A DNA stretch of 64,000 bases from Candidatus Eiseniibacteriota bacterium. Lineage in GTDB: Bacteria; Eisenbacteria; RBG-16-71-46. Both the position numbers and the translations under genes were made by a program. This document shows, one piece after another, positions 8,016-17,266 of this stretch (position 1 is its first letter; every line of letters begins with the position of its first letter). The notes below the pieces were generated by a model that worked only from the letters and a program-made list of their open reading frames with translations, had not been told where the DNA came from and did not search any database. The stretch lies in NCBI GenBank assembly GCA_963776245.1, contig CAVZLN010000003.1, positions 864,001 to 928,000 on the forward strand, written 5' to 3'.

Positions 8016-8944
8016 CGCGGCGCCTCCGCGGCCGGCGCGACGAACAGCCGCTCGAGCCGGCCCTCCTCGGCGACCGCCTCGACGACCGGCAGCCGCGCGG
8101 CGAGCAGGGCGCCGAGCAGGCGCGTCGCCCCGGCGTCGTCCGTCACCCGGAAGCGCGCGTCGGCCGCGATCGTCCCGAGCAGCGTCGCGCCCGCCTCGCG
8201 CGCCGCGGTCTCGAGCACCGCGGCGTCCGCCACGACGCCGCCCGCGAAGCGCACGCGCAGTCCGCGCGCGGCGGTGGCGCCCACACTCTGGGTCTTCATG
8301 GATTCGACCCGGCCGTGGTCCACGAACACCACGCGGTCACACAGCCGCTCGACCTCGTCGAGCTGGTGCGAGTTCACCAGCAGCGTGGCGCCGCGCGCGC
8401 GCTGCTCGGCGAGCAGCTGTCGGAACAGCAGCACGCCGGCCGGGTCGACGCCCGCGATCGGCTCGTCGAGGAACAGGAAGCGCGGCGCGCCGAGCAGCGC
8501 CTGCGCCAGCCCGAGGCGCTGGAGCATGCCGCGCGAGTACGCGCGGATCGGCTGCCGGCCGGCGGCGGGCGCCAGCCCCACGCGGGCGAGCGCCGCCTCG
8601 CAGTCGGCGCGGCGCGAGCCGGCCGGCAAGCGCGCCAGCGCGTGGTGGTAGGAGAGGAAATCGAGCCCGTTCATCCAGCGATCCATGACCAGGCGCTCGG
8701 GCAGGTAGCCGGTGACCGCGCGGTTGGCGAGGTCGTCGGGCGCCAGCCCCGCGACCGCGACCCGGCCGGAATCGGGACGCAGGAACCCGAGCAGGCAGCC
8801 GAGCAGCGTGGTCTTGCCGGCGCCGTTGGGCCCGATGATGCCCACCGCCTCGCCCGGCTCGAGCGCCAGCGACACGCCGTCGAGCGCCCGCACGGTGCCG
8901 GCGCGGAAGGTCTTCACCAGGTTCTCGACCACGATGACGGGCAT
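8012..8944 (-). CDS. ABC transporter ATP-binding protein
   Basis: GPNGAGKTT, YSRGMLQR, FLDEP and NSH motifs. Confidence 0.93.
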   Translation of the reverse strand: MPVIVVENLVKTFRAGTVRALDGVSLALEPGEAVGIIGPNGAGKTTLLGCLLGFLRPDSGRVAVAGLAPDDLANRAVTGYLPERLVMDRWMNGLDFLSYHHALARLPAGSRRADCEAALARVGLAPAAGRQPIRAYSRGMLQRLGLAQALLGAPRFLFLDEPIAGVDPAGVLLFRQLLAEQRARGATLLVNSHQLDEVERLCDRVVFVDHGRVESMKTQSVGATAARGLRVRFAGGVVADAAVLETAAREAGATLLGTIAADARFRVTDDAGATRLLGALLAARLPVVEAVAEEGRLERLFVAPAAEAPR

Positions 8945-9113
8945 GGACCCCTCGGCGGGACGGTCGCGCGCCGCATGCGCGCGGCGCGCACACTAGCGCC
9001 TCGGGGAGTCGGCCGCCACGAGCATGTCGGGCCGAGGCATGATGGGGGAGTCGTCGTGCGCCCCCGGCCCCAGCAAGCTTCATCTCAGCTGGCGGGCGAG
9101 CCGCCGCTGACAA

Positions 9114-9700
9114 CTACCATTCAAACTCGGTCCTGTGCTCCCGATTCCGCACATCTTGAAGATCATGCGTCTTCGACAATGCACGGTACTTCGTGGACCC
9201 ATCGACCTTCAACCTCACATATCCGATTCGCGGGCGCCCTGCCGCCGCATTCTCCAAGACACACTCGACAGTCGCCGCAACGACAGCAGCCTCGTTCCTT
9301 CCGTCACCCATTTTCGAGGATTGCGACAGCTCGAAGACGACTTCGACAGTATCGATGGTATCGTGCGCATCCACAATCGCCTATTCCATTCATCGCGGCG
9401 CACCACCCTTACATCGATTCCATACAACGTTGCAGCATTCCGGTTCTCCGATCGCACGCCACCCTCGCGGATGATGCAGTTCTTCTTGGCGGTCCATCCA
9501 ATCTCGAGCCCCGGCTCAAACCCACCCAGCATCAGCAAGTAGGTCACCGTCGTGATTCGAACGGCGTTCTCGGTAAGAACACACTGCCGCACCTCAATCG
9601 GCGTCTCCTCAGCAGCCCACGCCGACGCCAACTAGTCCACACGTCACGCCATAGCCCATAAGCGACCAATGCCACGACCATTCGCCGCACGGGTCTTCAC
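9114..9700 (-). pseudogene. Low-GC, frameshifted hypothetical (probably exported) protein gene
   Basis: GGAGG-N6-GTG start at 9700; coding potential continues through ORFs 9215-9631 and 9114-9374 in different frames; GC is 33/60 in line 9361 versus 49/60 in line 8161. Confidence 0.5.
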
Positions 9701-9749
9701 GATTGACCTCCGCAACAGATGAAACATGTACCTCGGTCGCCCGCGTCGC

Positions 9750-11552
9750 TCAGCCGCGGCGGAAGTAGGACCGCAATCCGCCCGGGCTCTGCGCGCGCGC
9801 CAGCGCGAGGGCGATGCGCGGCAGCGCGAGGGGATCGGGGAAGACCAGGAAGCGGTCCTCGAAGGCGGGGGCGAACTTCTTCTTCCACCGGAACAAACTC
9901 TTGAAGTCGTAGAAGCGCGACAGGTGCTCCATCAGGAACTCGCGCGCGGGATCGGCGGCGGTGGGCTGCGGCGGGCGGGCCGCGGCCGCCACCCGCGGCG
10001 CGTGCTTCGGCCGCGGCGCCAGCGCGGCCTCGGCCTCGACGGTGGCGGCGGCGGCGGCCTCCGGCGTGAGCGGCGGGTCCTCGACGCTCACCAGCGCCGA
10101 GAGCGAGAGCGAGAGCATCGCGTCGCCGCGCGCGCGCGCGGCCTCGAGCGACTTCACCACCAGGAACTCCATCACCCCGGTCACCGCGTCGCCGCGGCGG
10201 CGCATCAGGTCGAGCGCCCAGCCCCGGCGCGCGGGAATGGGCACCCAGGTCATGAACGCCTCGACCCGCCGCTCCCCGGCGTGCCACGCCACGGCGAGTA
10301 GGTTCTCGTGCAGGTGCGCGGGCTCGAACCGGCCCATGCAGAATCCCTTCTCGCCGCCGTGGCGCGTGCGCATCCACTCGTTCGAGATCTCGCGCATCTG
10401 CTCGAGCAGGCCGTCGGGGTCGCCGTGCGGGTCGAACGCGCCCGCGCCGGGGAAGAACAGGCGGGCGGTCACGCCCGCGGTCTCGACCTTGCGCACCGCG
10501 CGGCGCACCTCGCCGATGGCCGCCCCCTCGAGCGTGAAGGGCTCGGTCCACAGCACCGGGTCCTCGCCGATGTGGATCGCGCGCCAGCCGAGCGACTGGT
10601 AGAGCGGCAGGCGCTCGGGGCGCGCCTGGAAGAACGCGAACTGCCAGTCACGCGAGCGGCAGTAGCGCTCGAACGCGGCGAGCAGGGCGGGCCACTCGTC
10701 GTCGGGCCCGATCGGGTCGCCGACCGCGAGCAGCGCGTCGGACTCGAACCGGTAGGCGATCACCGCGCGCCGGTTGTCGCTGAAGAAGTAGTCGGTGTCG
10801 GGCGCCAGCGCGAACGCCGCCACCGTGCTGTCGCCGTAGGCGCGGATCAACTCGCCGACCCGGCGCGCCTCGGCGCCGTGGCGCCCGCGGTGTGCCACCG
10901 GGCGCAGCGCCAGGACGGCGATCACCACCAGCAGCAGCATCCCGAGCAGCGGCAGGGATTCGAGGAACCACTGCGCGATGCGCACCTCGGCCGGCACCAG
11001 GGTGCGCGCGAGCACCAGCGCCGGACCGCCCACGCCGAACAGCCGGTAGGCCGCCTCGGCCGCGGCGCGCCCCAGCGAGGCGCCGGAGCCGAACACGATC
11101 TCGACGATCCAGCAGCCGAGGACCGCGTACGTCACCAGGCCGAGCACGGCCATCGCGCCCCACGAGCGCAGCGCCCGCAGGGTGAGCTCGCGGCTGCGCA
11201 CCCGGAACGCCTCGCCGCTCACCCCGAGCGCGAACAGCAGCGCCGCGGCGATCGAGGCCTCCTCGACGTCGAGCGCCTTGAGCACGTTGACCGGCACCGA
11301 GAGCGCGCACAGGAGCAGGGCGGCGACGAACGCGCGGCGCTTGCCGCGGCGCAGCCCCCACGCGGTCACCAGCAGCAGCGCCCCGGCGATGAGCGTGAAC
11401 GTGCGGCTGGTGTCGAGCACGTCGGTGGGCACCAGGTGGACGACCGCCAGCAGGCGCTCGGGGGGATGCGAGAGCAGCGCCGAGAGGAGATCGATCAGGC
11501 CCATCGCCGCGACGGCGACGGACAGCACGGAACGGATGAGGGCGGTGCGCAT
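9750..11552 (-). CDS. MprF/LpiA-like aminoacyl-phosphatidylglycerol synthase (TM region plus DUF2156-type domain)
   Basis: TM helices followed by AVGDPIGP, IGEDPVL, GGEKGFCMG, WALDLMRR and FYDFKSLFRWKKKFAPAFEDRFL. Confidence 0.85.
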   Translation of the reverse strand: MRTALIRSVLSVAVAAMGLIDLLSALLSHPPERLLAVVHLVPTDVLDTSRTFTLIAGALLLVTAWGLRRGKRRAFVAALLLCALSVPVNVLKALDVEEASIAAALLFALGVSGEAFRVRSRELTLRALRSWGAMAVLGLVTYAVLGCWIVEIVFGSGASLGRAAAEAAYRLFGVGGPALVLARTLVPAEVRIAQWFLESLPLLGMLLLVVIAVLALRPVAHRGRHGAEARRVGELIRAYGDSTVAAFALAPDTDYFFSDNRRAVIAYRFESDALLAVGDPIGPDDEWPALLAAFERYCRSRDWQFAFFQARPERLPLYQSLGWRAIHIGEDPVLWTEPFTLEGAAIGEVRRAVRKVETAGVTARLFFPGAGAFDPHGDPDGLLEQMREISNEWMRTRHGGEKGFCMGRFEPAHLHENLLAVAWHAGERRVEAFMTWVPIPARRGWALDLMRRRGDAVTGVMEFLVVKSLEAARARGDAMLSLSLSALVSVEDPPLTPEAAAAATVEAEAALAPRPKHAPRVAAAARPPQPTAADPAREFLMEHLSRFYDFKSLFRWKKKFAPAFEDRFLVFPDPLALPRIALALARAQSPGGLRSYFRRG

Positions 11553-11593
11553 GCGCGGAGCAGCCTAGCACGATGTCGCGCGGCGCAAACGGT

Positions 11594-11624
11594 CGAGGCC
11601 CCGCGCTCGGGACGCGGGGCCTCG
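11594..11624 (-). terminator. Hairpin downstream of HU gene (probable terminator)
   Basis: CGAGGCCCCGCG-7 nt-CGCGGGGCCTCG, 19 nt after the HU stop; U-tract weak. Confidence 0.6.
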
Positions 11625-11643
11625 CGCACGGCGGTGCAGCGGT

Positions 11644-11925
11644 CTACTTGAGGGCCGCGTCCTTCATGGCCTTCGCGATGCGGAACTTGAGCACGGTCTT
11701 GGCGGCGATCTTGATGGCCTCGCCGGTCTGGGGATTGCGGCCCATGCGTGCCTTGCGCTTCACGACCACGAGCTTGCCCACGCCGGGGAACACGAAACCG
11801 TTCCTCGCCTGCTTGGCGGCGAGCGTCGCCAGCTCCGCGAGGATCTCCACGCTCTGCTTCTTCGTGATCTCGAACTTGTTCGCGATGTGGCTGGCGACCT
11901 GGGACTTCGTCATCATCTTCGCCAT
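11644..11925 (-). CDS. hup: HU family histone-like DNA-binding protein
   Basis: MTKSQ...FPGVGKL...RKARMGRNPQTGEAIKIAAK...KFR; purine-rich RBS. Confidence 0.93.
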   Translation of the reverse strand: MAKMMTKSQVASHIANKFEITKKQSVEILAELATLAAKQARNGFVFPGVGKLVVVKRKARMGRNPQTGEAIKIAAKTVLKFRIAKAMKDAALK

Positions 11926-12004
11926 GTAAGTCCTTCCTCTCCCTGATGAAGGTGGTGCGACACGTTCGGACAGGTGCGCACTCGACGCACCCTAGCCGAA
12001 GGTG

Positions 12005-12033
12005 GGTATAGCGAGCGCAGCCGCGATTGGCAA
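12005..12033 (-). promoter_or_regulatory. Sigma70 promoter of HU gene
   Basis: TTGCCA-N17-TATACC on the minus strand, about 80 nt upstream of the ATG. Confidence 0.6.
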
Positions 12034-12192
12034 GGGGAATCCTCCGGCCACCTCGATTCCACCCTTTGCTGGAGCGGTTGGAAACGATGCATAATCCGGG
12101 CCGCGCCAATCGCGGGTGAAACGCTCGTCACCGCCGGGAGGGTGTCTCGTCCGGGGAAACCTGACCCGCGCCGGACACGTGGCGCGCGCCGT

Positions 12193-14793
12193 TCAGTCGG
12201 TGCGCACGAGTCGCCGGGTGGCTGTCGCGCCGCCGGCGGTCGCGCGGACGAAGTACACACCGGGGCCCGCGCGCCGGCCGCGCGCGTCGGCGCCGCTCCA
12301 CTCGAGGGTGGGCCGGCCGGGCTCCATCGGGCCGTTCGCGAGGGTCGCGACGCGCCTGCCGGCGGCGTCGTAGACCACGACCTCGACCGCAGTTGCAGCG
12401 GGCAGTTCGAGCGTCAGGCGCACTCGGCCGGAACTCGGGTTCGGCCACGGCACGGAGAGCGCGAGTCGCGTCGGCGAGGGGTTCGGAGTGAGCGTGAGGG
12501 GCATCTCGGTGACGTCGAGCCTCCACTGCGAACGGCCGTGGGTCGCGGCGACCAGGGTGCGCGAGGGAGCGTGGAGGGTCAGATCGAACACGGCCTGCGG
12601 GGGCATCCCGGTCCCGAGCGGGAACCATCCGGCCCCCAGATTCCGGGTGGCGTACACCCCGACATCGGTCGCCAGGTAGAGGATGTTCCGGTCGGCGGGG
12701 TCCACCAGGATGTCGTTGGCCGGCGCGTCCGGCAGGTTCCCCGCGATCGAGACCCACGTGGTGCCGCGGTCGAGGCTGCGGTAGACGTGGGCGAGGTGCT
12801 CGTCCGAACCGAACCCGGAGAGCGTCACGTACACCGTGCCCGGATCCACCGGGTCGGCGGTGAGCCGGGTGATGGCGCGCAACGGCAGCCCGGCGGTGAT
12901 GTCGGTCCAGCTCCCGCCGCCGTTGGTGGAACGCCACACCTTGCCGTCATCGGTCCCCGCGTAGTAGGTCTGCGCGTCCGCCGGCGAGATCTCGAGCGTG
13001 GCGATGGTGCCGTAGGTGAGGAGCGCCACCGGGTTGGTGGAGAGGTCGCCGCTCACCGGCGAGTACGAGATACCGTTGTCGGTGCTCTTGTACACGCGCT
13101 GGCTTCCCACCAGCAGCACGCGGTGGTCCTGGGGATCCATCACGATCGGCGTGTTCCAGTTGTAGCGGTCACCGGCGTTGAAGCCGGTGGGCCCGGAGAA
13201 TCCGCTCCCGCCGTTGGTCGAGCGCAGCAGCCCGGAGCCGTAGCTGCCGAACTGGTACTCGGCGAACACGATGTTCGGATCGGTCGGATCCACCAGGCAC
13301 TGGAAGCCGTCACCGCCGAGGATGGCGTACCAGCCGGTGGGCGAGCCCGGCGTGATGAGTGTGCTGTTGTCCTGGGTGCCGCCTAGCAGGCGATTCGGAT
13401 CCTGCGGATCGAGGGCGCCGGCGTAGAACTGGGTGATGGGAAGGTCGATGGACTTGGTCCACGTGCCGCCGCCCGTGAGGCTCGAGAAGAACCCGCCGTC
13501 GTTGCCGAGGTACACCCGCGACGTCACCGCCGGATCGATCCAGATCGCGTGCTGGTCCACGTGCGCCGCGCCCGTGGCGTCGGCGAACGACACGCCGCCG
13601 TCGAGCGAGCGCATCAGGCTCACGCCGAGCGCGAACACGCGGTCGGGATTGATCGGATCCACCGCCATGTCGCCGAAGTACCAGCTGAATCCCCCGAAGC
13701 CCCCGGTGAAACCGCTCGCGTCGCGCCGGGCCCAGGTGTCGCCGCCGTTGGTCGAGCGATACATGCCGAGCCCCGAGTACCCGCCAGCGGCGCCGGTGGT
13801 GATCTGCGCGTAGATCGTGCGCGGGCGCGTGGCGCAGAGCGCGAGCGCGATGCGGCCGACGTTGTCGGAGGGCGCCGGCAGTCCGGTGGCGAGCCGGGTC
13901 CAGCTGAGGCCGCGGTCGATGCTGCGCCAGATGCCGGTGCCGGGACCGTACGCGCGCCGGTAGGTGGGACGCCTCACGCGCTCCCAGGTGGCGGCGAACA
14001 CGGTGTCGGGATGGATCGGATTGAAGACCAGATCGCTCACCCCGGTGCTGTCGTTGACGAACAGCGTGCGGGCCCAGGTCGCGCCGCCGTCGGTCGAGCG
14101 GTAGACGCCGCGGTCGGGCGAGGTCGAGAACTGGGGCCCCATCGCCGCGATCAGGATGTGGTTCGAATCGCCCGGGTCCACCGCCACGCGCGCGATGCGC
14201 GCGGTCGCCGCGAGCCCGAGCGAGTCCCAGGTGACGCCGCCGTCGCGGGTGCGGTAGAGACCGTGTCCGTCGTACGAGTCCACCGACGAGTTGGCCTCGC
14301 CGGTCCCGACGTAGAGCGTGGTGGTGGAGCCGGGCTGGAGCGCCAGCGCGCCGATCGAGAAGTCGCCGAACTGGTCGAAGATCGGAGTCCAGTGCGCGCC
14401 CGAGTCGACCGAGCGGAACACCCCGCCGTTGGCGGCGGCGAGGTAGACCAATGTGCCGCCCGGCGCGACCGCGAGCGCGGTCACGCGCCCGCCGATGTTG
14501 TACGGCCCCGCCTGCTGCCACGGCGGGAGCGCCTGGGTCCTCCCGGCCCGCGCCGCCCGGCCCGCCAGCGCGCGGTCGAAGCGGCCCTGTTCGACCGCGG
14601 CGATCCACTTGTCCTGCGCGATGGTCTGGAACGGGAAGGCGCGCTGCATCCCGAACCAGTCGCTCGGGTAGGGGCCGGCCTCGCGCTCGGTGGCGGATGC
14701 TTCGGTGCCACGGCGCCCGCCGTGCGAGCTCATGAACGGCGCGGCGACACACGCGACGGCGAGGAGCGACAGGAGGAGTGGGCGCGGACGCAT
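12193..14793 (-). CDS. Secreted BNR/Asp-box (VPS10/GH74-like) beta-propeller protein with C-terminal FlgD-Ig/T9SS-like domain
   Basis: Signal peptide; many SxDGGxTW repeats; PWPNPSS...VYDAAGRRVATL...W.G.D..G....GVYFVR C-terminus. Confidence 0.88.
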   Translation of the reverse strand: MRPRPLLLSLLAVACVAAPFMSSHGGRRGTEASATEREAGPYPSDWFGMQRAFPFQTIAQDKWIAAVEQGRFDRALAGRAARAGRTQALPPWQQAGPYNIGGRVTALAVAPGGTLVYLAAANGGVFRSVDSGAHWTPIFDQFGDFSIGALALQPGSTTTLYVGTGEANSSVDSYDGHGLYRTRDGGVTWDSLGLAATARIARVAVDPGDSNHILIAAMGPQFSTSPDRGVYRSTDGGATWARTLFVNDSTGVSDLVFNPIHPDTVFAATWERVRRPTYRRAYGPGTGIWRSIDRGLSWTRLATGLPAPSDNVGRIALALCATRPRTIYAQITTGAAGGYSGLGMYRSTNGGDTWARRDASGFTGGFGGFSWYFGDMAVDPINPDRVFALGVSLMRSLDGGVSFADATGAAHVDQHAIWIDPAVTSRVYLGNDGGFFSSLTGGGTWTKSIDLPITQFYAGALDPQDPNRLLGGTQDNSTLITPGSPTGWYAILGGDGFQCLVDPTDPNIVFAEYQFGSYGSGLLRSTNGGSGFSGPTGFNAGDRYNWNTPIVMDPQDHRVLLVGSQRVYKSTDNGISYSPVSGDLSTNPVALLTYGTIATLEISPADAQTYYAGTDDGKVWRSTNGGGSWTDITAGLPLRAITRLTADPVDPGTVYVTLSGFGSDEHLAHVYRSLDRGTTWVSIAGNLPDAPANDILVDPADRNILYLATDVGVYATRNLGAGWFPLGTGMPPQAVFDLTLHAPSRTLVAATHGRSQWRLDVTEMPLTLTPNPSPTRLALSVPWPNPSSGRVRLTLELPAATAVEVVVYDAAGRRVATLANGPMEPGRPTLEWSGADARGRRAGPGVYFVRATAGGATATRRLVRTD

Positions 14794-14883
14794 GGCGAGG
14801 CTCCAGGGTGCGGGACGGTGCCGAACGACTATGAGTCTAGGGCCCGGCGGGCGCCCCCGACAACGTGAATGCCGCGGCGCGGC

Positions 14884-16080
14884 TCAGCGCGGCGGGCCGC
14901 CCGGGGCCGCGGTCGCCTCCGCCAGCATCGGCAGCGTGGCCGCGAACGGGCGCGAGAGCTCGGCGAAGTGCGCGAGCGCGAGCTCGCGTTCGTCCCCCTC
15001 GAGCACCGTGGGACGGAACGGGTCGTCGGGCCAGCGCGTGAATCGCAGCGGCACCACCTCGGCGCTCGAGACGCCGTCGCGCGAGACCGTGAATCGCGCC
15101 AGGCCCGCGATCGGATCGCTCGGGTCCTTGATCCCGCCGTACACGAAGTTGCCGAGCGAGTAGTAGATCGGTGCCCCGCGGTACACCTCGACGCCCTGGA
15201 AGCGGTGCGGGTGCGCGCCGAGCACCGCGCGGGCGCCGAGGTCCACGCACAGGTGCGCGAGCTCCTGCTGGTACTCGCGCACGGCGTACGAGCCCTCCTT
15301 ACCCCAGTGGAAGAATGGGATCACCGCGTCCACCCGCGGCACCAGCCGCTCGACGTCCTCGCGCACCATGGCGCGGATGCCGTCGAGGTGGGTGTAGCAG
15401 CCGGCCACGCCCGCGGTCCAGCGCGTGGCGTAGAGCACCTTGGGCTCGAACATGTCCGCGGCCGCCTGGAAGTACCAGCCGACGAAACCCACGCGCACGC
15501 CGTCGCGCTCGATGATGCACGGCGCGCGGGCGTCGTCGAGGGTGGCGCCGGCGCCGAAGCGGGCGATCCCGGCCGCGTCGAGCGTGGCGAGCGTGTCCGC
15601 GACCCCTTCGGGCCCATAGTCCTTGACGTGGTTGTTGGCGCACGAGACCACGTCCACCGCGCCGCGTCTCAGGATCTCCACCAGTTCGGGGCGCGCGCGG
15701 AAGTTGAAGTTCTTCGGCACCTTGGTGCCGCGCGCGGTGAACGGGCACTCGAGGTTCACGACTGCCAGGCCGGCCTGCTCGAGCAGCGGGCGCACGCCCG
15801 AGAAGTAGCGCGCCTCGAGCGCGTCGCGGGGCTCACCTTCGGCGAGCAGGCGGTCGAAGTGGTCCTGCAGGTTGTAGCCCAGCGTGGTGTCGCCGCCGGC
15901 GACGATGGTCAGGCGGGGCGGGCCGGCGGGCACGGCGCCTTCCGCGGGCGCCGCGAGGGTGTCGCGCGGCACGCCGGCGCGCGCGCTGTCGGAGGCGGCG
16001 ACCTGGGCGCCCGCCTCGCGCGCGAGCGCGAGCCCGGCGAGCGCGGCGGCGCTCGCTCGCATGAAGGTTCGACGTCGCAT
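14884..16080 (-). CDS. CapA/PGA_cap family metallophosphatase-fold protein, Tat signal
   Basis: MRRRTFMR Tat motif; GGD, NLECP, ANNHVKDYG, HWGKE, GAHPH and YSLGNF motifs. Confidence 0.88.
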   Translation of the reverse strand: MRRRTFMRASAAALAGLALAREAGAQVAASDSARAGVPRDTLAAPAEGAVPAGPPRLTIVAGGDTTLGYNLQDHFDRLLAEGEPRDALEARYFSGVRPLLEQAGLAVVNLECPFTARGTKVPKNFNFRARPELVEILRRGAVDVVSCANNHVKDYGPEGVADTLATLDAAGIARFGAGATLDDARAPCIIERDGVRVGFVGWYFQAAADMFEPKVLYATRWTAGVAGCYTHLDGIRAMVREDVERLVPRVDAVIPFFHWGKEGSYAVREYQQELAHLCVDLGARAVLGAHPHRFQGVEVYRGAPIYYSLGNFVYGGIKDPSDPIAGLARFTVSRDGVSSAEVVPLRFTRWPDDPFRPTVLEGDERELALAHFAELSRPFAATLPMLAEATAAPGGPPR

Positions 16081-16136
16081 GGGGCGCGATTCAAGCACAG
16101 AGTCGGCCCCCGAGGCGAAGCGCTGGAGGAGGGCGG

Positions 16137-16215
16137 GGTCCGGGGAGCGTGCCCGAGCCCTCCGCGGTGCAATACCCACACGCACCGCTCCGGGCCCGGG
16201 CACGCTCCCCGGACC
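16137..16215 (-). repeat. Structured hairpin element copy 2
   Basis: Plus strand: GGTCCGGGGAGCGTGCCCGAGCCC-TCC-GCGGTGC-[AATACCCACAC]-GCACCGC-TCC-GGGCCCGGGCACGCTCCCCGGACC. Confidence 0.85.
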
Positions 16216-16237
16216 TGTGCCTGAACTGAATCCGACG

Positions 16238-16266
16238 TTGACGGCGTTCCTGACGGTCCCCAATAT
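16238..16266 (+). promoter_or_regulatory. Sigma70 promoter of ABC operon
   Basis: TTGACG-N17-CAATAT, 16 nt before ATG 16283. Confidence 0.6.
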
Positions 16267-16282
16267 GCCGCGCGAGGCCGCC

Positions 16283-17266
16283 ATGGACATCCCTCTGCTC
16301 GCAGTGGATCACGTCTCCAAGCGCTTCGGCGATCTGCAGGCCGTCTCCGACCTTTCGTTCGAGGTCCGGAGCGGGGAGATCTTCGGCTTCCTCGGGCCCA
16401 ACGGAGCCGGCAAGACCACCACGCTGCGCATGGTGCTCGACATCACGCGTCCCGATTCGGGCGCGGTGCGCTTCGAGGGCCATCCCGGCATCGTGCGCGC
16501 GCGCACCGGCTACCTGCCCGAGGAGCGCGGGCTGTTCGAGGACATGCCAGTGCTCGACACGCTCGTCTACCTCGGCTCCCTGAGAGGGATGACCGTCCCC
16601 GACGCCCGCGCCGCCGGCCGCCGCTGGCTCGAGCGCGTGGACCTCGCCGCGCGCGCGGGGGAGAAGGTGAACGCGCTCTCGAAGGGGAACCAGCAGAAGG
16701 TGCAGTTCGGGGCCGCGCTCCTCCACCGGCCCGCGCTCGCGGTCCTCGACGAGCCGTTCGCGGGACTGGATCCCCTCAATCAGGACCTGTTCCTCAGCCT
16801 GATGAAGGACGCCTGCGAGCAGGGAACCGCGCTGCTGCTCTCGGCGCACCAGCTCGACCTGGTCGAGCGGCTGGCGGACCGGTTCCTGCTGATCGCGCGC
16901 GGCCGCGCGCTGCTCCACGGCACGCTCGCCGAGATCCGCCGCGCGGCGAGCGGCGGTCGCGACGAGGCGCTGGTGCTCGAGCTCGCGGCGCGGGACGGCA
17001 TCGCGCCGACGCCGGAGACGCTGGCGCCGCTGCTCGCCGGCGCGGCATCCGGGGCCGAGTGGACGGCGCGCGCGCTCGAGGACGGTCTCACGCGGCTCGA
17101 CGTGCTGATGCCCGGAGGCGCGGCCCTCGACCCGGTGCTGGTGTCGCTCGGGGCGCGCTTCGAGATCCGTCGCGTCGAGTCGCGGCGCATCCCGCTCCAC
17201 GATCTCTACCTGCGGGCGGTGCGCGCCGACCAGGACGCGGACCGGGCGGAGGCCGCGCGTGCCTGA
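16283..17266 (+). CDS. ABC transporter ATP-binding protein (NatA/YhaQ-like)
   Basis: GPNGAGKTT, GYLPEERGL, LSKGNQQK and LDEPF motifs. Confidence 0.92.
   Translation: MDIPLLAVDHVSKRFGDLQAVSDLSFEVRSGEIFGFLGPNGAGKTTTLRMVLDITRPDSGAVRFEGHPGIVRARTGYLPEERGLFEDMPVLDTLVYLGSLRGMTVPDARAAGRRWLERVDLAARAGEKVNALSKGNQQKVQFGAALLHRPALAVLDEPFAGLDPLNQDLFLSLMKDACEQGTALLLSAHQLDLVERLADRFLLIARGRALLHGTLAEIRRAASGGRDEALVLELAARDGIAPTPETLAPLLAGAASGAEWTARALEDGLTRLDVLMPGGAALDPVLVSLGARFEIRRVESRRIPLHDLYLRAVRADQDADRAEAARA

Noticed and set aside
9060..9113. Integron attC site after the low-GC gene
   Set aside because: No properly placed RYYYAAC...GTTRRRY pair and no integrase in the window.
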